A stretch of DNA of 64,000 nucleotides from positions 124,001 through 188,000 of the forward strand of contig LSRY02000001.1 of assembly GCA_001643675.2 (NCBI GenBank). The letters are read 5' to 3'. Every line of letters begins with the position of its first letter. Within the stretch, counting starts at the first letter, position 1. The notes under the pieces are model-generated. The model saw only the letters and a list, made by a program, of their open reading frames with translations. It was not told the origin of the DNA and ran no database searches. This stretch comes from Monocercomonoides exilis PA203 (lineage: Eukaryota; Protista; Preaxostyla). Shown piece by piece: positions 23,380 through 36,900 of this stretch. A program made the translations under genes and the position numbers.

Positions 23380-24758
23380 TTTATCAAAAAGTTATTGAAT
23401 GTTCTGAAAAATTGCGATGAGAGACAGCAAATAGTTGAAATTGGAGAATTGAAAGAAGTGATGAAGGAAATGTTTCGAAAAGGACTGGAATCGGTTCTCA
23501 CAAGAAAACAGTCAAGTGAAATCCACAGAATGATTGAAGAAAAGAAGTTATCATTGAACAATATAACAGTATTGTTTTTAAACGTTAGATGCTCCAAAAT
23601 GCTTATATTTTATGTATTCAATGCTTTAGCAACTCACCTTTTTCCATAATTTTTCAAAAGATAATAATAGATGAAAATTGGAAAGAAAAAGTGATCGAAA
23701 TGCTTCAAAAAATGTTTTGATACGCTGCCTTTTGCAAAAAGACAGGACTCAATCAGGATTGTTTTCTGCGTATGTGTTTTTTCTTTTGAAAGCAACAATG
23801 ATTTATGAGTGAAGAAAAGAGGAACAAAAAAACCTTGAAATAACTTTGATGGCTTTGAAAAATACTATCCGTAACAAGGTGTGATCATTTTCGTTTTCTT
23901 TTTGAAAACTTTTTTGTTTCTTATTCTTGAATATAAAGTTCCAGAAGAAATAAATTAAAAGTGACTGACAAAAATTATGCAATATTATCATGAACATCAC
24001 AATCTGATACGTCTTGAATCTCAATCAAATTGAAAATTTTTGAAAGACAGATTTGTCAGTGAAAAAACGTTGAAGATGCAATCGAAAATGAGCGACATTT
24101 TTCGAGGGAAGCAAGACGGGAATTTGAAGAGTTGAAAGGAAATGTGGATTTGAAGAATAAAGAAGAATAAAGAGGAGAAAAGTCGAAAGAAGAGTTTCTT
24201 TTTTGGGATGGCTTCATGAATCGTACTGCATCATTACCGATTGCAAAATTTGGAATGAAAAATCTATCTTTCTTATCGAGGTAATTGTTCATGTATTTCA
24301 ATCAATAAAGTGGAATTATGGGAGGATTTGCAACTGGTGCATTTATTTATTGAATACAATAGCAAAGAATATTGCTGTTAAAATAGAAGAATTGTTGAGA
24401 GATGGAGCAATTTATGCAGTATCGGAAGCGATTCAGGAGACAACGATGATTGACAAGATGGCATATGCGACCATGAATTTTTTTTATGAATGTTTCAAGA
24501 AAATGAAAATGAAAAGAGGATGATGAAGAGGAGTTTGATGAGAGGGATGAAGATAAGGATGAAGATAAGGATGAACTGAATAAAGGCGAAATAGAAGAAT
24601 CGAATAGTGAAAACTTGAAAATGAAGATGCTTGAAATGATGGAAGAAAAAGGATTCAAAGATTTCATCTCTGTCTTTCATGAAACGCTTCCTTTTTTTTG
24701 TGAATATTGCAATAATAGTATTTCATTTGATTTTTCAGATAAGTTCAAAAATGCGTGA
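23380..24758 (+). pseudogene. Decayed copy of the same family as 5621-6898
   Basis: LKNCDERQQIVEIGELKEVMKEM...IHRMIEEKKLSLNN aligns with LKDCDEKVQIQKIEEMNEIVNEM...INKMTEEKKMSMNN. HEHHNLIRL and KMKMLEMMEEKG are also recognisable. Multiple stops and frameshifts. Confidence 0.85.
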
Positions 24759-27700
24759 GAAATCATTGAAACTGTATTTTTCTTTTAATAGAATATTTCT
24801 TTCTCTTTTCTCAATCATTGATCAAAATAAAAACAATGCAATAAAGCTTTTTTGAAATCCGTGATTTTCAAATTTCAAAAAATGAAGTGAAACCTTGTAT
24901 CGAATAAAAAATTGAAAATCATTTTGCATATTCCTCCTTCTTTCATAAGAAAACTTCTTAAAGAAATTTGTGGCTACAATATTTTAATAATGAAAATTCC
25001 AAATCCTTCAGGCTTTCTTTCATCGTTTCCAGATATTTCTCATTTATCCAAGGATTTAATATTTCCATGTTTTTGCAAAATACCTTCTAAAAACAATTGT
25101 TTTGCTCTTTTTAGGCATTTTTGTCGATTATCTGAAAATAACTGTATTTTCAAAAAATATGAGGATGGTGAGAAAAAAAGAAATAAGACTTGCATTGGAA
25201 AATGGTTTTGAATAAGAAGAAAAAGTCGAAGCTCTCGTGAAACATTCAACAGAAAAAAACAATTCTGGAGAGTCGAATGATAGTTCTGTTAAAATATCAA
25301 CTTACCAGCAATAATAAAAAATTCAATCATCATACCCCTGATAAATATTGATAGATTATTATTTTATCAATTTCATAAGATGATCCACATGTATATGTAG
25401 AAATTCAGCAATTACTGTTCCACTCGCAAGATAAACTTGTCCGGCTTGTTGTCTTTGAGTAAAAAGGATTAATTCATCTGACAGAGCTACTGAATTTTCT
25501 GTTCTCATCATCAAATATTCAAATACTTCTCATTAAGGCATTTAAATGCATTGAAACTTCGATTTTTATAAAAAACCAAGTATATCAATTATTTTGTGAA
25601 AAATAGTGATGAGCACTTAAATTCTTCGACGCATTTTTCCGCATAAACAAAATTGTTTTATTTTTCCAAGTGATAAATACACACTCCTTGTTAATTAAAA
25701 AATGAGTAAAACAAGCAAAAAAATAAGAAGTCATGATATCAACAAATATGAACATTTTCAAACGGTAATTAAACAAAACAGTCTTTGAATGTACATACTT
25801 CAGATCCTTTTTTAATTTGTCTTTGTTTCTTTCACTGAAAAATGAAAGTTCAATAAATATAAAAAGAAAAGTTATGGCAATAACTTTCTAAAAAGTGAAA
25901 TCAGTAATATTTCAAAAGCAAAGAATGTTATTTTTATGTTCTGTTTCATTTTCCAACTCATTTATTTCATTGACAAAATTATAATCCAGTGACAGAAGTG
26001 GCTTCCAGTGGCTTTTTAAATTCCTTTGTTCACTGATCTTGTCACAAAACCATTTTTCTCTTTATTCGTATTTTGAAATTTTTTTGATAGACCTTTCGAA
26101 AAAATGTATTTTTTTCTTTTTATAAAAGTTGCAATAATATGAAAAGAACGACATTGTTCAAAGTTTTCTTCTAAAGGAATCCAAAATATGAGATATGAAA
26201 ATTATTTATGGAACAGATCAGAAGAAAATGTCCTGTCGGTCACCTTTGTCACTAAGTGGCAAATTTTGCCACTTGTCGCACAGGTCTAAGTGCAATATAT
26301 GCAACGAAATTTATAGTGCGTTTATTTACTGTTTCGCAAAAGAAAAATTCTAAATGAGAGCATTTGTTGTTGAATTATGCATATAAAATATTTCTATCTA
26401 TTTTCAATTTATAAAAATAATTCTTTATTGCAGTTGTATTTTATTAATTGTGAAATTAAATACAATAAATCTTATTTTGTAATTGTTCATTTGAGATGAA
26501 AATGTTGTGAATATGTTCAATTTTGACAGAACTATTATTTTCAAAATGTGTGACGTATTTTTCAACAAAAGATGAAATTCAAATTAAATTTTTGATTCTA
26601 TTAAATTGTTCTTATTTAAACGAATAGGGTTTTTCTGAGATAAAGTCAAATTATTTGGAAATGTTGAAGTTATATTTGAATGAAGAATTAAACAATTCAA
26701 TATTGTTTTATGAAAAAGTTGAAAATTCGAATGAATAAAATTTAAAATGTTTTATTTCTCACTTTATCAACAAAAAATTTAATAATGAAACGAAAATGAA
26801 AATTTTAATTGAACACTATGAAAAGAAGATAAATGAATTTGGAAGCAATGATAAAGCTAAAAAAAAACAACTTGAAATGAATGAATATGGAAAAAAATCA
26901 TTCACATGGGTGATTCTTTTTGAAAAGTCACAAATGTTTAATTTTCAAATGCTTCAAAAATTTCATATTTCACTCAAATTACTGTTTCAGCTCACAAATC
27001 TCCTCAAGAATGTGTTTAATAGCATTATCAAGTTATTGATTCCATTTTTGTGAAGTTTGATATTTGTTTTCAAAATATTTAGCAAAATATAAAATTTTTG
27101 ATTTATTTGTAAATTAAACATTTGTGACTTTTCAAAAAGAATTACCCACATCATACATTTTCATTGGAAAATTATACACTTTTTTTTTCCTTTTTTTTCT
27201 TTTTTTCATCAAAAATATGCTCAAAATACGTTCTTATTATTTTAAACAAAAATTTCACAAAACTTTTTGAAATAATTTCAATGACAACTGTAAACTGTTT
27301 CAAAAATGCGATTTATTTTGAAATCAAGAAAGAAAATGATGTTTAAAGTGAAACAAATTCTTTAGCTTTGTGCAGGAATTCGTGAAAGCCCGAATTTTCT
27401 TTCATGTTTAATTTTATTCTCATGAATCAATTCCATTTTAATAATTTTTCATTATGAGCATTGGATTAATAAATATTAACAATTAATATTTTTCATCTTT
27501 TGATGTTCGTGGAGTGATTTATCATATACAAAACTTTTGAAGTGGAAGTGCACAACGAAGTCCATTGTTTGCTCAAACTTTCATCTTTTCCACTATCTAC
27601 GTGAATTGGATAAATTCCATTTTCATTTATCCAGTTTTTTTCCATAACCTCTCAAAATTTTTTTTCTCCGATATTCTCTGCTCCACTCCATTTTTCAAGT

Positions 27701-28161
27701 GGATGCATCTAGATAGAAACCACCTCATATTCCTTTTGATCACATTTTTTTTTAATACTAGTGGCCTTTTGCAATTTTTTCTGATCCATTTTTATCTTTC
27801 TTTTAGCAAGTCATAAATATCAATAATTAAATCCATGGAATTAATGGAATAATTGGCATTTCAGCAATAACTCACAAAATAGTTTAATTATCTTTTTTTC
27901 GCTTTCTTTGATTATTTCATCGTTTTTGAATATCAGATAATTTCTTTTATCTTTTATCAAACGTTGTCGATGCTGAAGAATTTGATTTTTTTAATGAGAT
28001 GATTGTGTCCACTTTTGTTTTGAGAGGCGCTGAAGTTACGATTGTGACTTGGATGACTGTTTGGATTTTTATTTTTTATTTATTTTTTTTAAGGAGTTTT
28101 GTTTGCAGCAAATACGCCTGGAGTTCGTGAACTGAATCATTGAAGGAAATGATTGGAATTA

Positions 28162-28620
28162 CAGTTAAATCGGATATAATCACATCAGTTTTTGCAAAAC
28201 TTTTTGTGAACATGTTCGATTGTGATTAGATGCTATGTCGCATCACACAGAAAAAAAAAAAAATAAAGAAAGAAATTTTGGGTCAAATTTTCCATTTTTG
28301 TAAATTCTTCACAAATACACACTTTTCACTTGCGAAATCAAATTTCATCAATAATTTGCATCATACAGACTTTTTCAAACCCAATTTTGAAAAATTGATA
28401 TTTTGATATTTTTCATCAAAAAATCGATTTTTCAATGAAAAATGAACCCATAATAAAACAAAATGAGATTGTGTATATTTAGCCCTGTTATCATATTTGA
28501 TTGAAAATGAATGAAGCACAGACCAAAAATGTCGGTGAGTTGAAAAATGTGACTATTACCGAATGTGATTATATTTGAAGTGATTATTTCCAGTTTTTAC
28601 TGTATTTGCTATTATATCTC
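28162..28620 (+). repeat. Diverged partial copy of the arm of the 55760-57115 palindromic element
   Basis: Begins TA|CAGTTAAATCGGATAT versus CAGTCAAAATCGGATAT at 55760. Collinear shared blocks include GTTTTTGCA.AACTTTTTGTGA, ATTGTGATTA, CACAGAAAAAAA, AAAAATCGATTTTTCAAT, TATATTT.GCCCTG and AAAAATGTGA.TATTAC. Confidence 0.85.
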
Positions 28621-30043
28621 AAAAATTGTTCAAACAAGTATTACTCTTTATTTGTCTTCAACTTTCACTGATTTGTTTTTTATCTCCCTTTGCAATGAAA
28701 AAATGCATTATGTGTATGCTTTTTCGAAGAAAACAAATCTTCCAAAAATGAACTTATTATGCCACTGGCAAACATGATGTGATCCTAATGCCACAACAAA
28801 CAAAATACGATGGATAAAAAGCAAAATTTTGAATTGGCAATCCAATAGTTTTCTCTTCTAACTTTTTTTCTCCAATGATTTCTGAATGATGCATAAACTT
28901 AAAGAAGAAGAAGATAAATGGGAAATGAATGGGAAAAATAGACTGAATGCAATATAGAATGTCTTCTTCTTGTCTGTATCTCCATATATGGCATTTTTGC
29001 TTCTCTTCTTCTTCCACAGTTGCGAAAAGCCATAACCATCCATCTCAGTCATATTACAAAATTGAACAATCACGATTCTGTCAAGGAATATTAAGAGAAA
29101 GATGACATACCTCGTATCATTTGCGATGATATGAATCAAATGAATACACAACAACAATAACAACAATATCTTTTTTTTTCTCTTCGTTCTCTTCCTTTTC
29201 CACCTGTTCTTATTTGCTGCTTCTTTTCCCTTCACTTTTTCAATCTCATTCTATATTTGATTCAAAAAGTCGTGATTTTTGTCATTTATCTCTTTCAAAA
29301 TGAAGAAGTGTAAAGAATATGTGGAATAGTAGCAAAAACATGTTGTATTCAAATGAAACAATAAATAACAATGGAAATGATAAAGATAAGCAGATTCTAT
29401 TCCAAACACACAAAGCAAGAGAATCAAAAGAATACAAAACACAAAAAGATATAAGAGAGATTAAAATGGATATATCAATACAATTATCATCATCATCTTT
29501 TTCTTATTCTTTATCTTCTTTCACTCCATCACCATTCTTTATTTCATCTTCGTATTTTTTTGGAAATATATTAATCTAATGTTATATTCTTTTTAATATT
29601 CAGTATCAACATTCTAACATGATCAACTGTTTTTAAAGAATAATGTAGGACTATTTCAAAAAGGAAACAATAACACAAGTTCTCGATCTTGTTCACAATT
29701 TGATCTACTTGAATATTACAAAATATATACAAATTATATCCTAATATATTAATCGAGACTGATAACAGCCTCAACGATGAAAATAGTGCATGGCATTGCG
29801 CCAGAAAATGTAATATATAATAAAACTTGAAAATAAAAAAACAAAAGAAAAGATAACTAAATAAGGAAAAATTGAAAATATTGCTCATTTGGTGACAACA
29901 AACAAGCATATCAATAAAAATGCAAAATATCAGCTTAACTGGTTTAACTTATGAATAAAATCAAAATAGAAAAAACAATAAGCATGTAACTTTTCTTTGT
30001 CAATATGCATTAACAACAATTATTGGTTTCACTCCTCCATTTT

Positions 30044-33000
30044 TTAGTTGTTCCGAGACCTTTTCTTCCTGACAACAATAATCGCAATAATCACAACAAC
30101 TACCACAATCACCACAACCACAATAGGAACAACAATAGCAACTACAGTTCCCGCATTTGACTTCTTCTTTTCTGGTTCTGGCTCATCTTTCGGTTCTTTG
30201 TGCTTCAGGTATTTCTCATACACATCTTCAAGATTGTCACCTTCTTTTTTTGCTCCGACAATCCATCCTTTATTATCATCGTTGTAATCCTTCGCAAACC
30301 CAAATGCATCTTCTTGCTTGCTGTACTCATCAAAGTCCGGCGCAATAATACACAACGATGCAACCGATGAATCTTTCCCTTTGTTGTTGTTATCAAATTC
30401 AAGTTTGCCTTCACCTGGAAGTTTCAAATTAGAAACTATCTCCTTCATCTCAATGAAAATAGCTCCTGAATCTCCTTTTTCTGCTTCGCACGACTTGAAT
30501 GAACATTTCTTTTCTCTTCCCATTTCCACTTTTGAACCATTATCAGCCATCTTGATCATAATACCAGCAGACAATCCATTCGCTGATTTCACTTCATTCA
30601 TGGTCAATCCTTCTATTTTAACAGTCGAAGCTTTATCAGTGGCATCTCTAATGCTAATTACTGCTCCGTCTGTCATGCTCACTTTATTGATCTCAACTGT
30701 ATCAAATTTGACTGAAGAGGATTCGCTAATAACAAACAACGATTCTTGGAATTTCACTTCATTATCACCCTTGCATTCAACTCCACTCATTTCTAATTCT
30801 CCTGCTTTCACATTAACAAGATGGATTTTGGCAATTTCTTCATCATTACTGTGTGCAACTGACTCTGGTCTCACAAATTTGCACTTATTAATTGTCAGCG
30901 ATACTGAGTCAGTTTCCGCAACAATCAATGAGGATGCACCGGTATTTGATTCCTTAGGTGCATCCAATGACAACGGGAATTTGAAGGTAATTCCTCTGAA
31001 CTCAACTTTCTTTTTGCATGTGAATAGATCCTTTCCAATTTCGACCTTGCAATCAAGTGTAACTTCTGTTTCTGTTTCTTCTTCATTAGCTTTGGTTACA
31101 CCAACAATTCTAACTCCAGTCTCTTTATTAAACTCAACAGCATCAGCAGTTAGAACATTTTTAGCATCTGTTTCCTTGATTATTTTGATTGTAAATCCAG
31201 AAGCGCTTTTTATCTCTTCAAATAGTTCATATGCCTTGCTCAGATTTCCCATAGGATTCTCATATGTATTTCCATTTTCATCATTTCCATCTTTCTTCAC
31301 ATATACAATAGGAAGATCAAAATAATTTGAAGTGAAGTCAACATCACCATCTTCACTGTTGGCTGCAACAAACCAGTCATTTGTTCCTCGTTTATAATCT
31401 GTTGCAAAACTCGCTTTCATAGCTGCTGCAATTTCCTCATGAAGAGTAACTGGTACATTCAAATATAATGCCGTGTTCTTTTGGAATCTCCTTCTCCTGC
31501 TGCACAGCTAGTGAATTTTAAATTAGTTCCCGTTTCCGGCCATGACAATTGAGTTGCTTCTGTTATTCCTATCATCTTCAGATATATTGCTCCTGCTTTC
31601 CCTTTTGCACATGTGCAATTTTCAAATTTTGTTTCACCAGTATTTCCAATCGTGAAAGTGCTTTCAACATTTTCACTTTCAACGTATAATGCACCGCTTG
31701 TTGTATCTACTGTTGAAATGCATTCTGTGAATGTGCATTTATCCAATTTTATCACAACCTTGTTTGCACTTTTGACTTTCACCACTGCACTTTCTTTTGA
31801 TGTGATCTTCTTTAAATTCAATGATATCAATGTGACATCTGATGTTCCCTCAACCAAAAATGGTGTTGCTGAAAATGTGATGGCATCAGCATTGGTTTTG
31901 CTTTCTTCTGTGCAATCAACTGTGCTCATCGTCAATGAACCTGCACTCACTTTCACAAGATGAAATTTGACTTCCCCTGATGTTGGTCGCTTAAACTCAC
32001 AGTTCTCAATTGTTAGAGAAACCGAGCCATCAACAGCATGAATAAGAGCAAATAGGTCTTCATTTGCTTCATATCCATCTGTTATTTGTCCAGATGTTGT
32101 TGAGAAGTCAAACACCAAATTCTTGAATGTCACCATTTCTTTGCATGTGAACAGATCCGTTCCTTCAGTAGATGTGCAGTTGATCTCCACTTTAGTCTCA
32201 GCTTCGTTTTCAGCATCCTCTGCTTCCACCACTCCTTCTATCGTAATTCCTGTCTCTTTTGAGAATGTAATAGCTTCCCCTGTAACTGCTTGGCCAGATT
32301 CGTTTTTCATAATTTTAATGGAAAATTCTCCAGATCCTTTTGAATCTGCAAATAATTCATAAGCTTTTTTTATTGTTTTAAATGGTTTTGTTTTTGTTCC
32401 ATCTGCTGTGTCATCATTTCCTCCACTTTGAACATATGCTTCATGTGGATCAAAATATAATGTAGTAAAATCAATATCGATAGCACTTTCATTAGCTCCC
32501 TTAGCTGCAACAAACCAGTCATTTGTTCCTTTCACATAATTTTCGGCAAAGCTTTTCTTCATTGCTTTTGCAATGGCCTGTAAATTGCCACTATTCACGT
32601 CAAGATACAAACCCGTACTCTTTGATCCGGCTGTGCAATTAGTAAATATCAAATTAGTTCCTATCTTCGGCCATGACAACTGACTCTCATTTGAAATATT
32701 TGGCATCTTCAGATATATCCCACCTGATTTCCCATTGGCACATTCACATGATTTAAATGTTGTTGTTGCATTTGAAATTCGTGAACTTTCTGAAATATTA
32801 AATTTGCTTCCTGTTCCGTTGCTTTCAACATACAATGCTCCACTTGTAGCATTGTTTGCATTTTCTGTTGATTTGCAATTGGAAAATGTGCATCCATGGA
32901 CGTTCACTGTAATAGCTTCATTCTCTTTTCCCACAATCTTCACTACTGAACTTGCACTCGACTCTATGTTATTCAATGTTGATGCAATCAATGTAACTTT

Positions 33001-33663
33001 TGCTGCTCCCTCAATCAAAAACGGAGTGGCTGAAAATTTTGCAATATTGGTTTCATCCTTACAAGATACTGCCTCCATGTTGAATTCACCTGCTTCCACT
33101 TTCACTAGATGTATACTTGCAACACCTGTTTCCGGGCGTTCGAAATGACAAGTGCTAATTGTTAGTGTGGGTTGGTCATTCGAATTTTCTCCTGAATTTG
33201 CAACTGAACGAATAATAGCCAATGTGTTATCATCATTAGATGCAGTTCCAAGTGACATTGGATATATAAACTTCAGATGCTTGAAAGATACATCATTCTT
33301 ACAGATGAATATATCCTTGCTGGTATCACCATTTCCCTCAGCAGATGAACAATTTATTTCCAATAAATCAGGAATTGCATTGTCACTTTGTTTTCCTCGA
33401 AGCATTAATGGCTTATCTTTTTCAAATACATTCTCTCCTGCAACTAATGCAGAGTTGCTATCTACTGGCTTCAGAACTGTAATGATGTAAGAACTTGGAC
33501 TTGTATCATCAGTGAGCTTTGTTAATGCATCACTTATCTTTCCAACAGGGCTATCTTCTGTTCCTTCTCCACCATTTGCTCCACTTTTAACGAACACTTC
33601 TTTCACGTCACCATCTGCATATACTGAAAGCACAACTTGCAAAAATACTAATTTCAGAAACAT
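30044..33663 (-). CDS. Type I membrane surface protein with pectin-lyase-like beta-helix repeats, copy 1 (apparent frameshift at 31479-31482)
   Basis: Signal peptide MFLKLVFLQVVLSVYA. Three large internal repeats (V(Y/F)VxxG..G....P, CxFxRP, FxxC, GA(I/L)Y). C-terminal Val/Ile TM helix followed by RKKRSRNN. Confidence 0.85.
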
Positions 33664-33977
33664 TTTCAATTGATGTTCTTTTCTCAAAGCAATCAAAGAT
33701 CTACGGACACATTAATTGCACAATCATTATTGCTATTTATGGTCTATTACATACTTCGTATCTTTTGGTATTTTCGAGTAAACAAAGAATTATTGAACAA
33801 ATTTTTGTAAGTGCATTGACTGATAGAACTCTCCAAAAATTTGTTCAATAATTCTTTGTTTACTCGAAAATACCAAAAGATACGAAGTATGTAATAGACC
33901 ATAAATAGCAATAATGATTGTGCAATTAATGTGTCCGTAGATCTTTGATTGCTTTGAGAAAAGAACATCAATTGAAA

Positions 33978-36900
33978 ATGTTTCTGAAATTAGTATTTTT
34001 GCAAGTTGTGCTTTCAGTATATGCAGATGGTGACGTGAAAGAAGTGTTCGTTAAAAGTGGAGCAAATGGTGGAGAAGGAACAGAAGATAGCCCTGTTGGA
34101 AAGATAAGTGATGCATTAACAAAGCTCACTGATGATACAAGTCCAAGTTCTTACATCATTACAGTTCTGAAGCCAGTAGATAGCAACTCTGCATTAGTTG
34201 CAGGAGAGAATGTATTTGAAAAAGATAAGCCATTAATGCTTCGAGGAAAACAAAGTGACAATGCAATTCCTGATTTAGTGGAAATAAATTGTTCATCTGC
34301 TGAGGGAAATGGTGATACCAGCAAGGATATATTCATCTGTAAGAATGATGTATCTTTCAAGCATCTGAAGTTTATATATCCAATGTCACTTGGAACTGCA
34401 TCTAATGATGATAACACATTGGCTATTATTCGTTCAGTTGCAAATTCAGGAGAAAATTCGAATGACCAACCCACACTAACAATTAGCACTTGTCATTTCG
34501 AACGCCCGGAAACAGGTGTTGCAAGTATACATCTAGTGAAAGTGGAAGCAGGTGAATTCAACATGGAGGCAGTATCTTGTAAGGATGAAACCAATATTGC
34601 AAAATTTTCAGCCACTCCGTTTTTGATTGAGGGAGCAGCAAAAGTTACATTGATTGCATCAACATTGAATAACATAGAGTCGAGTGCAAGTTCAGTAGTG
34701 AAGATTGTGGGAAAAGAGAATGAAGCTATTACAGTGAACGTCCATGGATGCACATTTTCCAATTGCAAATCAACAGAAAATGCAAACAATGCTACAAGTG
34801 GAGCATTGTATGTTGAAAGCAACGGAACAGGAAGCAAATTTAATATTTCAGAAAGTTCACGAATTTCAAATGCAACAACAACATTTAAATCATGTGAATG
34901 TGCCAATGGGAAATCAGGTGGGATATATCTGAAGATGCCAAATATTTCAAATGAGAGTCAGTTGTCATGGCCGAAGATAGGAACTAATTTGATATTTACT
35001 AATTGCACAGCCGGATCAAAGAGTACGGGTTTGTATCTTGACGTGAATAGTGGCAATTTACAGGCCATTGCAAAAGCAATGAAGAAAAGCTTTGCCGAAA
35101 ATTATGTGAAAGGAACAAATGACTGGTTTGTTGCAGCTAAGGGAGCTAATGAAAGTGCTATCGATATTGATTTTACTACATTATATTTTGATCCACATGA
35201 AGCATATGTTCAAAGTGGAGGAAATGATGACACAGCAGATGGAACAAAAACAAAACCATTTAAAACAATAAAAAAGCTTATGAATTATTTGCAGATTCAA
35301 AAGGATCTGGAGAATTTTCCATTAAAATTATGAAAAACGAATCTGGCCAAGCAGTTACAGGGGAAGCTATTACATTCTCAAAAGAGACAGGAATTACGAT
35401 AGAAGGAGTGGTGGAAGCAGAGGATGCTGAAAACGAAGCTGAGACTAAAGTGGAGATCAACTGCACATCTACTGAAGGAACGGATCTGTTCACATGCAAA
35501 GAAATGGTGACATTCAAGAATTTGGTGTTTGACTTCTCAACAACATCTGGACAAATAACAGATGGATATGAAGCAAATGAAGACCTATTTGCTCTTATTC
35601 ATGCTGTTGATGGCTCGGTTTCTCTAACAATTGAGAACTGTGAGTTTAAGCGACCAACATCAGGGGAAGTCAAATTTCATCTTGTGAAAGTGAGTGCAGG
35701 TTCATTGACGATGAGCACAGTTGATTGCACAGAAGAAAGCAAAACCAATGCTGATGCCATCACATTTTCAGCAACACCATTTTTGGTTGAGGGAACATCA
35801 GATGTCACATTGATATCATTGAATTTAAAGAAGATCACATCAAAAGAAAGTGCAGTGGTGAAAGTCAAAAGTGCAAACAAGGTTGTGATAAAATTGGATA
35901 AATGCACATTCACAGAATGCATTTCAACAGTAGATACAACAAGCGGTGCATTATACGTTGAAAGTGAAAATGTTGAAAGCACTTTCACGATTGGAAATAC
36001 TGGTGAAACAAAATTTGAAAATTGCACATGTGCAAAAGGGAAAGCAGGAGCAATATATCTGAAGATGATAGGAATAACAGAAGCAACTCAATTGTCATGG
36101 CCGGAAACGGGAACTAATTTAAAATTCACTAGCTGTGCAGCAGGAGAAGGAGATTCCAAAAAGAACACGGCATTATATTTGAATGTACCAGTTACTCTTC
36201 ATGAGGAAATTGCAGCAGCTATGAAAGCGAGTTTTGCAACAGATTATAAACGAGGAACAAATGACTGGTTTGTTGCAGCCAACAGTGAAGATGGTGATGT
36301 TGACTTCACTTCAAATTATTTTGATCTTCCTATTGTATATGTGAAGAAAGATGGAAATGATGAAAATGGAAATACATATGAGAATCCTATGGGAAATCTG
36401 AGCAAGGCATATGAACTATTTGAAGAGATAAAAAGCGCTTCTGGATTTACAATCAAAATAATCAAGGAAACAGATGCTAAAAATGTTCTAACTGCTGATG
36501 CTGTTGAGTTTAATAAAGAGACTGGAGTTAGAATTGTTGGTGTAACCAAAGCTAATGAAGAAGAAACAGAAACAGAAGTTACACTTGATTGCAAGGTCGA
36601 AATTGGAAAGGATCTATTCACATGCAAAAAGAAAGTTGAGTTCAGAGGAATTACCTTCAAATTCCCGTTGTCATTGGATGCACCTAAGGAATCAAATACC
36701 GGTGCATCCTCATTGATTGTTGCGGAAACTGACTCAGTATCGCTGACAATTAATAAGTGCAAATTTGTGAGACCAGAGTCAGTTGCACACAGTAATGATG
36801 AAGAAATTGCCAAAATCCATCTTGTTAATGTGAAAGCAGGAGAATTAGAAATGAGTGGAGTTGAATGCAAGGGTGATAATGAAGTGAAATTCCAAGAATC

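Larger units (their letters stand above)
22859..26288. mobile_element. Non-autonomous hAT-like DNA transposon (15-bp TIR, 8-bp TSD) carrying gene cargo
   Basis: Left end TAGACCTGAGCGACA (22859-22873) and right end TGTCGCACAGGTCTA (26274-26288) are 14/15 inverted matches. AGTGCAAT is directly repeated at 22851-22858 and 26289-26296. CTGTCGGTCAC occurs near both ends. Confidence 0.88.

Noticed and set aside
22851-26296. Alternative reading with a 6-bp TSD (GTGCAA) and TTAG termini
   Set aside because: It fits equally by symmetry, but the 8-bp TSD with TAG termini matches a known superfamily. Other copies are needed to settle it.
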